64,000 nt of DNA from Felis catus (Eukaryota), in contig NC_058368.1 in assembly GCF_018350175.1 (NCBI RefSeq), forward strand, positions 3,844,001-3,908,000, in the 5' to 3' direction. Under the pieces are notes generated by a model, which was not told the origin of the DNA, ran no database searches, and saw nothing but the letters and a program-made list of their open reading frames with translations. Position 1 is the stretch's first letter, and the number at the start of each line of letters is the position of its first letter. This document shows positions 12,376 to 23,848 of the stretch, piece by piece. The position numbers and the translations under genes are program-made.

Positions 12376-12591
12376 AAAAAAAATTTTTTTTTCAACGTTT
12401 ATTTATTTTTGGGACAGAGAGAGAGCATGAACGGGGGAGGGGCAGAGAGAGAGGGAGACACAGAATCGGAAACAGGCTCCAGGCTCCGAGCCATCAGCCC
12501 AGAGCCCGACGCGGGGCTCGAACTCACGGGCCGTGAGATGGTGACCTGGCTGAAGTCGGACGCTCAACCGACTGCGCCACCCAGGCGCCCC
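12376..12591 (-). mobile_element. Young felid Can-SINE with perfect TSD
   Basis: Diagnostic GGCGCAGTCGGTTGAGCGTCCGACTTCAGCCAGGTCAC head; TSD CAGTTTCTCATTTT at 12362-12375 and 12592-12605. Confidence 0.96.
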
Positions 12592-12738
12592 CAGTTTCTC
12601 ATTTTTAAATGAGAAAAGTGTTTGTCTCCTTTTTGCATATTAGTGAACGAATGGGATTTTTGTGCCTTGCTGGAGAAACCAGCTTTTGTGCTATTGTGGA
12701 GATGCCAGGTTTTCTTGTTGCTGAAATTGTATACAATC

Positions 12739-12959
12739 TGGGGTGCCTGGGTGTCTCAGTCAGTTAAGTATCACACTCTTGACTTTGGCTCAGGTCGTGA
12801 TCTCATGGTTCGCGAGTTCAAGCCCTGCGTCGGGCTCTGTGCTGACAGCGCGGAGCCTGCTTGGGATTCTGTCTCCCTCTTCCTGTCTCTCTGCCCCTCC
12901 CCTGCTGCTGCTCTCTCTCTCTCAAAAGAAATCTTAAAAAACAAATAAATTTAAAAAAA
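12739..12959 (+). mobile_element. Can-SINE
   Basis: Head, CT tract and tail; head-to-head with the previous copy. Confidence 0.93.
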
Positions 12960-13342
12960 TTATGCTGAATCTGATGCTGGATATCAAACAGCTTTTTTTC
13001 TTTCATGGTAGACAACCAGACTGGGTCACGCATGGGATGTGCTTAGGCCAACATCCTTCATTTTTTCCCCTTTCATTGCAGTCTTCCTTCTCCAGTTAAA
13101 AATTAGCAAAAGAGCATTTGCCAATTGAGGAACAAATATGCACAGTAGTTGAAATAATTTACATTAAGCTATGGATGACTTCCACTGTGGCCAACTGGCC
13201 AATGGCAATGCCATTAAGCTAAGGAGGAGAACAGAAGAGAAGGGTTGCAGAGAAGTGGGAGGGACGATTAAAATACGCTGAGTTTGCAACATGATGACTG
13301 AAATGTCCATGCCTATAATAAGTCTTTAAACACAAAGGATCC

Positions 13343-13553
13343 AGGGCTCCTGGGTGGCTCAGTTGGTTAAGCGTCCAACTTCAGCTCAGGTCATGATCTC
13401 ACGGTTCGTGGGTTCGAGCCCCATATCGGGCTCTGTGCTGACCACTCGGAGCCTGGAGCCTGCTTCGGATTCTGTGTCTCCCTCTCTCTCTGCCCCTCCC
13501 CTGCTCGCACTCTGTCTCTCTCTCTCTCTCTCTCTCAAGAATAAATAAACATT
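13343..13553 (+). mobile_element. Can-SINE
   Basis: Full-length; flanking TAAACACAA repeat. Confidence 0.94.
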
Positions 13554-14274
13554 AAACACAAGATTTCCAAGCCAGCTTCACCTCTCCATCTCATCTCTCG
13601 GTGTCATTCTCTTCACCACTGTCTTTTCTCCCGAGCCCCAGCACCATAATCGTGCTGGCACTCCCACGACCTCACAACACAGCATTTCTGTTGTCAAGAT
13701 CCCTCTAGTGTCCAGCTACGCATTTTCAGTGGAAAAAGGGTTTTTGATATAATAGGATCTTGAAGACTTTTCGGTAGATAGGATGGAGGTAGGAGGTCAG
13801 GAGCACAGGGCCCCTCAGCATGACCTGAGCAGGACAACGGTCAGGAGCAAGTCAAGTGCAGCTGCATGGGATTACCAGCATCTTTAGTTTTCAGACTATA
13901 AAGTATCCCCGTGTGTCTGCCAAGACTGTTCGACTATACGTATCGTATCAGGGCAAGTTGTTGACAAATGCTGTGGATTTGGATATCAGAAAGCTAAACG
14001 GTAAGGAAAAATAATAATTTGGTTTGATAAACTGTAAGAAAAAAATAATAATTTGGTTTGCTGTTGTGTGGACTGCCTGTGAAGGTTCGTTACTGGCTGA
14101 GCTAATGAGTAGGCACAACATCAAGTCAAATCAAGTCTAAATGCTTTTTATCATGTTAGGTATACTATTAAGTAAACCAAAATACCTTTGCTATAAAGGC
14201 TGAATTTGTCATAATCTGCGATTCACATATTTTATTTCGTTTTGAAAAATTCACTCACGGCATTGAGAAAGAGT

Positions 14275-14505
14275 TGTAATAATAGCTACCATAGCTACCA
14301 ATCATACGTGTTTTACTATGTGCCAAGAGCCTTTTGTGCATTGCCTCATTTAATTATTTTAAATAATTAAGGAGCTAATATTATCCCCGACATTAATGGC
14401 AGAAAACAAACCATTAAAGAAGGTAACTGAGTTACCTAACACAAGCTATTACTTGTGAAAAAGCTGAATTTAAAATTCACTTGATCCGAAAGCCTAGAAT
14501 TTGGG
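14275..14505 (-). mobile_element. MIR fragment
   Basis: AATAATAGCTACC...TACTATGTGCCA...CTCATTTAAT...TATTATCCCC...AGGTAACTGAGTTACCTAA resembles the antisense MIR core. Confidence 0.6.
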
Positions 14506-17289
14506 GCCATTGGTTTACATTATTTCTAGGGAAAGAATAAGTAAGGAAGATTTTTACATTAACGCTGTGTAGTGTGAATCATAATCAGACTACAGAATAT
14601 AGGAGATCAGCCAAGCTGTCAAGCCATAGAGGCTATCAGCTATCTGAACCTGATTTTGGAGGGTTTAGGGGGTTCAGCGAAAGTCATCAATACTGTAACA
14701 GTAACTTTTTGAAGGTTTTGGTTAGTGCTCTCCAAACCCACTCGTGAATCAATAGAAAACTTAGGTCAGCGACAGGCACATATGTCCATATGTGTTGACT
14801 CTCATATTTTTACAAATTATGTTCACACGCTATTATGCCAACTTATCGAATGCGTTTGAAACATGCACAAGCATTAGAAATTTCAGCCGGCCGAGGTAAC
14901 GATGATTTCTGCTGTTGGAGAATGCACTGCCACTAGGTCTCTTCCAGAAAGAATTACCTTTTCCTTTATATGTCTCCGTAGCCTGTGCTACCTACCTAAA
15001 CTCTTAGGCGAACCACATTATTGAGTGTTTAGCGGTCTGCCCTCTAAGCTGGAAAGAAAGCTATATAAGTGTAGGAATTGCGGTTCACTTACTAGATGCA
15101 TTCATTTAGCAGATATTTACTGAGTACGTAGAGGCTCAGGAAATACAGGGGTCAAGACTCAGTCCCTGCCATCAAACTTAGGATCAAATAAAGGAATAAC
15201 AGGATATAGGGAGGTAAATGAGCAGTGACACATTGGTCTGTCCTGAATTCTGTGAGGACCACAGAGGTATCCAAGAGGGCACCAGCCAGGCAAAAAGAAG
15301 AAGTTGAAAGAGAAGAGTTAGATTAGGTGCTAATACAGAATAGCCCCTGCTATAAAAGTAGATCCTTAGCAGAGATGTGTGGTTGTTCGATGCTGATTGT
15401 TTTTGTTTGTTTTTAGTTTGAGAAGATTGAGAAAAATCCCTTCTGTGTTTACTGCCCGAGTTCTGAGCCAATTGAGATGAGGCAAATGAAGGTCTAAATG
15501 TCATTTTTGTTGCAAAGGGAGCTGTCGGAGAACATATTCTAGATGTGCAGCGACCATGGGCTTGCTAACGTTGCATTCCCAGCAAGGACTCACCCACCTT
15601 TTAGCACTGGATGATCACAGGTCCCCCCCACCCCTTGCCCCCCGCCCCCGGGAAGGTTACAGTTGAAACTTACAGCCTGAAACTGTACTCCCTGCAGGCA
15701 TGAAGGTCCCTGATGAGGGAGGGATTGCACCATACAGACCCCCTTTCTTATTGTAACTCATCAGGGAGAAGAATTAAACCACTTACCCTGGGAAGAAATG
15801 AGTGCAATTATAGAGAGAATCCAGAAGAACTATTACACTAGGAGAAACGTCCTCACGGAAGGAATAAGTGTTCTTTTTTGTAAGTGGCTATTCTCACAAA
15901 TTTCAATGCCTGACATGCTTTCCATGGCCCTGGGAACAGATCTTAACTTTGCCTCCAAATGCAGATTTCCAGTATTTTTTCAATTGTTTTTCTTTCCCTC
16001 CAGTTTATTTTATATCACGTATCTTCCTTTTCATAAATCCTACCATCATTTACTCTCTAGTTCTTGGTCAGAAATTTCTGATCAGAGCAGATTTAAAGAA
16101 TATTCATGAAATATAACTTGAGTATCTTACTCAATCATTACTTTTCAGTAAGAACAAATACACTTATATTTTATAAATGGACGCTACCTTCTCTTTGATG
16201 TATTCAGATATGTGAAATACCAGAGGAACATAACAGGAAATAAACTAGGGAGAATATTAATTTTACCAACAAAAGATGCACACAGCTACCTTTAAATAGT
16301 AACGTACCTTACTCAAAATAAACTAGAAATGCCAATGACTAGAATTACATTTCTCTGCGGGAACTCTTAAGGACAGATGTCAATGGAGCCAGGACTTCAA
16401 AGTTTAGTCTGAAATTATTTTAGTCCAGAATTTTATGCTAAATGAAAGTATTAACCAGTTTGGGAGCAGAATTGATACATTTCCTGACATAAAAGGACTC
16501 AGATAATCTACTTCCCCCAAACCCTTTCCGAATGCTCATTTGAGGGGACATCTCACCAAAGCAAGGGGGTAAATGAGGAGAGGACCTGAGAGCTGATTCG
16601 GGGAACTGTTCACGCAGCTTAGGAGTGCGGTGAGGAACACGACCACTGTGCGGGAGGCCAGCTCAGCCCCATGGACTGGCACGGGACGAGGGAGAGTCTG
16701 GCATACAAGGATGCTGAAGAAAAACGCGATCGTATACAATGGGTTTTATTATCAGAAATTCGCCAGAAGTCTGACGATGGGGCAGAAGTAGAGAATAAAA
16801 GAAACACAAAGACCATCAGAAAGTGAGGAGGTGGAGGTGGGTCCTACAAGAAAACCATGGTACAAGCTACTTAAACTAGAAAGGAACATTTTTTTTCCTT
16901 CAAGAAGAAAAGTGACATTGATTCCAAATAATAGGTTAAAGGAATAAAAAGTGAGAGACAAGTAGGAGATAGGCTGAGGACGGCAAATTTAGCAAAATTT
17001 CTTGTACAACAACAATAAAGATGGAAAGATGGCATTCAGAAGCCCCCAACCACAAAAGCTCTCCGGGAAAGACACAGTGTCCGTACAAGGCAATTAAAAT
17101 ATTTGGAGAAATATTTCAAAAGTGGATCATTCAAACTGATAATAGAAGCATTGAGGGGCACAGGTGCTTATCTCTGAAAGGAGCATGGTTGGATAGTCGG
17201 GTAGCTAGTTGTAAAATGTGAACACGGTGTATTGCATTAATTTTTAAGTCAACTTGATCGAATCACAGAAGATGCAGATGATTAGTTTC

Positions 17290-17514
17290 TTTTTAAAAAT
17301 TTTTTTTCAATGTCTCTTTATTTTTGAGAGAGTGAGAGACAGAGTGCAAGCAGGGGAAGGGGCACAGAGAGAGAGGGAGGGAGACACAGAATCCGAAGCA
17401 GGCCCCGGGCTCTGAGCTGTCAGCACAGACCCCCACGCGGGACTTGAGCTCAAACCGTGAGATCGTGACCTGACGAAGTCGGACGCTCAACCGACTGAAC
17501 CACCCGGGCGCCCC
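17290..17514 (-). mobile_element. Can-SINE with TSD
   Basis: Reverse SINE; TGATTAGTTTC flanks both sides. Confidence 0.94.
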
Positions 17515-20080
17515 GGGTGATTAGTTTCAGTGTAGAAGGTGTAGAAGATGAATATGACCATTGTGAGCATGCACAAAAAATAAAGGGAAGGACAGAAGTT
17601 TGGAGACAAGAGTGGAAGGCACTGTGGGCAAGGGGCTGGGACATTCAGAATGCTAATGCCCTCCATCAGGCAGCAGGACCAACGGATACACGGTCATTAT
17701 GGAACAGGAAGTGAATGTTTAAGTCGATTGTTTGAAATTGCAGCGGTGACCGCAGAAGAAACGAACTGATGATAAAAGCACATAGGAAAAAGGAGACAAG
17801 GGCTCCCCGCGGGTAATGTACATGAAGTAATAGACTAGGTCGAAAGTTCATAAACCCAGCTAGAGCCTTGTAAGGGTACTTGAAGGTCAGCGGTAGGTAG
17901 AAGGAAGATCTAAGCGGTGACCTCTGACCGATGGAAGTGTGGATGGGGCGGGGGAAGTGGGAGACACTGAGGTTTCCATTACAAGCCCTCCTGATAGATT
18001 TCCCCTTCGCGTGTGCAAGCTGGGCTTTGGTCGTTACTCCTTGTGCATTTCCTGTGATTCTGCTATGTGCACTCCACATCTCCGTTTGCTGCCCGACCTG
18101 AGAGTCACTGCTCGAGTCTGCACCTAACGGAGTGGTGGAACCTGTTCCCTGTCAATTTAGGCAAAGTCCTGTGTCCATGGAATAAGACTTTAAACATACG
18201 ATGACCCAGTGAAGTGATTACCAGCGGGTAACTTTTGAAATCTCAGATAGGCCATGTTTCTCTTCTGAAATGTGAGTTTCCTTTTTTTTTGTCTTTCTCA
18301 CCTCTTATTTTTCCAGGATTCCACAGTTTTCTTTCCCATCATCCCTGACAACACTGAATTAGCTCTTTACCCTAAACAGTGACTCCCCAACTCTCCCAAA
18401 GTACCATAAGAAGCCACAAAACGCCTACATGCGGTAGTGTAGCGATCAATTTAATTTTTTATTGATACAGCAACTCCAAAAGAGAATACGAATTATCTTT
18501 TTCAAATGTGCACACATGGATGATCCCTATTTAAAAATAACCAGAGAAATTTGGGTGAGAAGCATCCAGGTGATGATGTTAATTACATTCCAGATTTAAA
18601 TTCATCGAGAGTTTTCATTTGTGTGCAGAATCATCTCACTCCATTTTGCTAGTGCAAAAATTTGTGGCCATCTCTCCTGAGGAAGTGTGGCTTCGATTGG
18701 AGGGGCAGAGAACTGATGTGGTATTTTTTAATGCTTGAAAGTTTATCTCTTACAAAATAATTTAATTTGGTTTCACTGTCATTTGCCCTGAAAGCTAATA
18801 TCTTTATTACTGTTATACTGACCTCTTCTGGAAAAGTCTTAGAATGTCATGCTGATCATATGTTAGATCTTTTTTTTTTTTTTTTTTTTAAATTGTGACT
18901 GTGGAATTGGTATCGTAAAAAACACTGAAGTTTGGTGTCACTGTTCAGAGGCCAGTTGACTGAGGGCTCACTTTATGCAGGTGCTGAGCAAGGAGTTCAT
19001 GGTCTAGTAGGGAGAACACGTATATAAACCAATGATGGCAACGTGAATACAAAGAACTCTAAGTTTATAAACACATCTAGAAAGCTGATAGTGACGTGAA
19101 CAGACTTTTAAAGGTTAGACAGTCATTCGTTTTCCTGCAGAAAAGGACTGGAGGTGACTCTAGTCAGAGGCTTGGCCAGGTACCCGAGGGCAGGGCAGGA
19201 GAGACAGACGCGCGGCCCAATCGTGAAGGTGTGTGTGCCCCGTTGAGTACAGGATACCGCACCCTCGAGGCTCCCTGAAGGGCTTTAGGCTGGGGAGTGC
19301 TGTGGAGAGAATTACCTGTTCCTGGCGTCTCTCTGGCAGTTCCAGGAGAGTAAAGTGGAACGTGGCAGGACCTGGAAGTGGGCAGCACCACCCGGCGAGT
19401 CCTGATGTGACCCCCGCCCCCCATCAGACGGGGATCTGGAGACGAGAGAGCAGGCAGAGCAGGCGATCCTGGGGCTTAGTGACCGGCGGGCTGGTTGGTG
19501 AGGGATGTTCCTTTATGGGTCGTCCATGACTTTGGGGAGGATGGAGTCATACACTGAGAAAGGACGGATGGACGAAAGAACGGGTTTGGGGAGATGAGTT
19601 TCGTTGCGGAGGCAAGCGTGAGGTGGTTTGGGGGGATTTAGTCATGGGCGCTCATGTCTACAGTCAGTGTCCAAAGTCACAGGAACTGTCAAAAATGGGA
19701 CCAGTGGGTAGTGATCGAGTCCGGCTGGGCCCTGAACACGATCTAGTATATTTCACGAGTGAATTGACTTCCCTGCTCCTCACGACTGCTGTATTCTTTT
19801 CACACTTTGAATGATCCCATACCCCCGCACCCTGTGTCTTGTCCCTCCTCGGGCCAACCTACAGCTCACTTCATATCAAAACCAAAAATGAGTAGTCCAA
19901 AATGAACCGTATCTCCACCAGAAACTCCTACTTTTCGCTAGATCTAAAAGTGGTCTCCCCAACCCAGTATCTTAAGCTACATGGCGAGCAGCAGGACTGT
20001 CTGCCCCCAGGCAGAAGCAAGGTAGGAGGGCAGGATTGGTAACTGACAACAGGAGGGAGGATGCGGGTGAAGCCCAGAAG

Positions 20081-20592
20081 GATCCTAGAGTTATGGAAGA
20101 CCCTCTTGAGAATCCCAGAGAGATTCTAGAGTTATGGAAGACCCTCTTAAGAATCCCAGAGAGATTCTAGACTTAAGGAAGACCCTCTTAAGAATCCCAG
20201 AGAGATTCTAGAGTTATGGAAGACCCTCTTAAGAATCCCAGAGAGATCCTAGACTTATGGAAGACCCTCTTAAGAATCCCAGAGAGATCCTAGACTTATG
20301 GAAGACCCTCTTAAGAATCCCAGAGAGGGGCGCCTGGGTGGCTCAGTCGGTTGAGCGTCTGGCTTCGGCTCAGGTCATGATCTCATGGTCTGTGAGTTCG
20401 AGCCCCGCATCGGGCTCTGTGCTGACAGCTCGGAGACTGGAGCCTGCTTCTTGTTCTGTGTCTCCCTCTCTCTGCCCGTCCCCTGCTCGTGCTTTGCCTC
20501 TCTCTCTCTCAAAAATAAATAAACATTAAAAAAAATTAAAAAAAAAAAAAAGAATCCCAGAGAGATCCTAGAGTTATGTAAGACCCTCTTAA
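20081..20592. repeat. 41-bp minisatellite (6 full units plus a partial unit) interrupted by a SINE
   Basis: Unit GAT(C/T)CTAGA(G/C)TTATGGAAGACCCTCTTAAGAATCCCAGAGA starts at 20081, 20122, 20163, 20204, 20245 and 20286, and resumes at 20564. Confidence 0.97.
20327..20549 (+). mobile_element. Can-SINE inserted in the minisatellite
   Basis: Full-length; TSD AAGAATCCCAGAGA at 20313-20326 and 20550-20563. Confidence 0.96.
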
Positions 20593-20612
20593 CACAAGAG
20601 CCTCAGGACTTT

Positions 20613-20613
<1 letters not shown>

Positions 20614-20645
<32 letters not shown>

Positions 20646-20905
20646 GAAGTGTAATGGACACACAATGCTACGCTACTTTTAGGTGTATAGTGATTCAACA
20701 ATTCTGGACATTACACGCTGCCCGCCAAGATGAGCGTAGTCACCGTCTGGCACCAAATGACATCATTGCAATATTACTGACTATATTCCCTATGCTGAAC
20801 TTTCCATCTCCATGATTTATGTAGGCTGGCACTTTGTACTTCTTAATCACCTGCACCCACCCCCGACCCTCTCCCCTCTGGTGACCATCAGTTTGTTCTC
20901 TCTGT
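20614..20905 (-). mobile_element. 5'-truncated carnivore L1 3' end with a long poly(A) (poly-T on +)
   Basis: T run of about 28 nt followed by AATTGAAGTGTAATGGACA...CAATATTACTGACTATATTCCCTATGCTG...CCCTCTGGTGACCATCAGTTTGTTCTC. Confidence 0.85.
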
Positions 20906-21544
20906 AGGTAAGATTCCATCTCTGTGCCGGGCTATGGCCAAGCCAGCTCCGTAAGCCTGAGCTCCGTAACCTAACATCCAGTGGAATGTTAGACCTGGTT
21001 TCCTTTAAGGTCTCTTACAGTTTTAAAGTGTTAGGATTCCACTGAAAACATAGGAGATGTGTATTTGTGAGTTACAGAGTGAAGCCAGACCTGCATTAAA
21101 GACTTCGAAGGTGTTTTAATAATTTCAACTATTCTATAAAATGAAAGGTTTTTTTTCCTCTAGGCCTTCCTACTGAAGGACCGAAAAGAGAAGTTGGTAG
21201 TACTAAATGAATGTTTAGATGTGAATGCAGATCGAGTCCACAGCGTGGCTAACATTTGTACAAAGCAGTCCCCAAAACATTGAAAAGTTCGTCGTTATAA
21301 AGCCAATTTACTGATTGATGAAAAGGCCCCTCGATGCGTAACCTTTCGACGTGTGACATTTCAACCAGAATACTGAGTTAGGAGTTGCCAATTTTGACTT
21401 TTTAGACACATACTGGTACAAAAATACATCTTATGTCATCATTGTTAAGTGTTCTATGTTTTTATTAGGAATTGATAGTTGTGCTATAATTTTATGTCCA
21501 ACTAAATTGCCGTGATAGGGAAAACAGTAATGGGCGGAGAGGTC

Positions 21545-21655
21545 ATGAAAGATTTTTTAAAGTCTTATAAATAAGTGTGTGATTAGTTGAAGCTGTATCA
21601 GCTCTTAATTTAAGGCCTGCAGCTGTCAGTATAAGAAGCATCAAATGTCAAAAGA
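21545..21655. promoter_or_regulatory. Candidate muscle enhancer (MEF2-like site plus E-boxes)
   Basis: TTATAAATAA at 21565-21574 fits YTA(W)4TAR; CAGCTGTCA at 21620-21628 and CAAATGTCA at about 21642-21650. Motif evidence only. Confidence 0.35.
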
Positions 21656-21875
21656 CGTTAGGGTTAGGAATAAATAGAATAAGAGAAGAGGTCTCCTGAG
21701 AAGAAAAGAAAATAAATATTAAGTATATGGATTATAATTACACCACTTGTCCTTTTCAAGTTTTAGTGCTAAAATCCAAATTTCAAACATACAGTTTAGT
21801 CCATGTTAATTCAGGCAGCTCACCAGGCTGTACAAAAATAGGACAAAATAAAAGATTATTAAAAAGCTCGATATT

Positions 21876-22097
21876 GGGGCGCCTGGGTGGCGCAGTCGGT
21901 GAAGCGTCCGACTTCAGCCAGGTCACGATCTCGCGGTCCGTGAGTTCGAGCCCCGCGTTGGGCTCTGGGCTGATGGCTCAGAGCCTGGAGCCTGCTTCCG
22001 ATTCTGTGTCTCCCTCTCTCTCTGCCCCTCCCCCGTTCGTGCTCTGTCTCTCTCTGTCCCAAAAATAAAATAAACGTTGAAAAAAAAAATTTTTTTT
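21876..22097 (+). mobile_element. Young felid Can-SINE with perfect TSD, in the SGCG upstream region
   Basis: GGCGCAGTCGG...CTTCAGCCAGGTCACG head; TSD AAAGCTCGATATT at 21863-21875 and 22098-22110. Confidence 0.97.
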
Positions 22098-22619
22098 AAA
22101 GCTCGATATTTATTTCCTTTACCTCTTATAAAAGTTTAATGATCTTTTTCTTTTTCAATAAAGATAAAACATCAAGATTGCACTGTTACATTCGCATACT
22201 TTGTTAAACATTAGTTTAGTTTATTAGTAAAGAACAGTCAGAATTTTAACATATGGAATGTATTTGCCTTCTCTTTATTAGGATGGTAATTCCTCAAGGT
22301 TTTCTTCTCAAACATTAAGATTTTTCACTTAAAAAGAGACTTAAAGAAACTGATCTTTAAGGAGTGGCTATTCTAATATGCATTTCATTTGAATGAGAAT
22401 AGTTTACACTTAATACTAATAAAGTCCTAAGTTCTAAATGCTGCCTGTTAATTTGAAATGATTTCTATGAGATTTTGTCAACATTAGCTTCTCCTGGAAA
22501 CCAGTCTGCTTTTCTGCTATTCATTTAAGGTAAAGTTTATTTTAGAAAGTTATCATTACATAAGGCCATCGTGATTCAAGATTTAAATGTTGGTTTTATA
22601 AGAATTTTCTTTTCTTTTT

Positions 22620-22790
22620 TTTGGCCCACTTAGAGCTGTGTCCCAGAATTGGTGCCCAAACAATTTTAAGTGTGGTATGAGCTGTTTATGTCACTGAGTA
22701 AAATTAGACACGCCTGTTGCTAATATGAGGGAATGAAACATGACACAAGGCCAAAACACGTGAGAGCCTTCCCGGCACAGTGGGTGAAAC
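22620..22790 (+). promoter_or_regulatory. Putative SGCG proximal promoter
   Basis: Unique sequence directly upstream of the probable exon 1; E-box CACGTG at 22757-22762; no CpG island. Confidence 0.45.
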
Positions 22791-22897
22791 CTCAACCCTT
22801 CACTCATTCTGCAGGGAAGGGGAAAGTTCAAAACATTGAGTCCCCGCCTAACTCTGGAGCCGGTACTGCCCACCCCGTGCTTTCTGCGACGTCTAAG
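22770..22897 (+). other. SGCG: Probable non-coding exon 1 (5' UTR) of SGCG; 5' end approximate
   Basis: Strong donor TCTAAG|gtaagg at 22897/22898 in non-repetitive DNA. The end GTGCTTTCTGCGACGTCTAAG resembles the recalled human UTR end (...GTGCTTTTCTTAATATCTAAG|ATG). It lies 23.3 kb before exon 2, similar to human intron 1, and splicing gives AAG|ATGG (good Kozak context). Confidence 0.75.
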
Positions 22898-23848
22898 GTA
22901 AGGCCCAAGTTTTACCTTGGATTTTTGTATCCTTCAGCTTGGATTTTTTAAAACATCACTACAATGTACAACTTAAAAACCGAGTAGGTACAAGATTTCT
23001 CCACTTGTTTTTCTTCATAGGTGACATAATAGTTAATAAGTTCCTTTTAAAGTGTTGAATAGCTTTCTCTGGAAATGATTATATGTAAGTATCAATAACA
23101 TTTGGTATCATTTCTCATTTCAACTCTTAAGTTACTCTGACTGCTAACACGCTAGGTATTTTTCACACGATTTGTGTTTCTAATGTTTTTAATCTGTAGA
23201 ACTCCATGGTAGCATTTCTGTATTTATCGGACATTAAGTTGTATACTGTAGTTAATGTAGATAAAATATAATCTTTAAGATTGCCTGATTCTAATTCCGC
23301 CCTTCAGCTTTTGTGGTAGAACTACGTTTGCTTTACCTTTTGTCCATAGCGCTGTTACAGACGTTAAAAAATAGAGTGAAGTTAATGAGAGCAAAATTTC
23401 AAGTCGTGAGATAAATCTGGGGAATAAGCAAAACAAGAGAAGAATACCAACTTCGGCTTCCCAAATATTCTTGGAGCAAAAACAGGAGAGAATAGTGCTC
23501 TCCTAAAACCTGGAAAACAACACGTTGTTCAAAACACTTGTCAAAGAGTAAATATAAATAAGGTAGAAGGTAACCATGTGCCAACACTCGGGCCTCCTAA
23601 ACTTGTCAGCTCTTTCTCTGTTTCCTGAGTCGATTCAGGAGAGATCCGGAAAGCAAGTTGAAAGGAAGGCGCAGAGAAAGAGGAGGGAAGACAGGGCGCA
23701 GCTGGCAGAAAGACTGGCCAGCAGGACGGAGTAACTCACTAGCACGAAACGTCCTGTGTTTACTTTCTGCTTACTTTCTTGGAAACATTTTGCTGAAATA
23801 GGTGCAAAGAGGCACACTCAGAGTTTCAAGACGAACGGTTCAAGTTGG

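Noticed and set aside
20081..20592. CRISPR-like regularly spaced repeats
   Set aside because: Units are contiguous with no unique spacers, there are no cas genes and the DNA is mammalian; it is a minisatellite.
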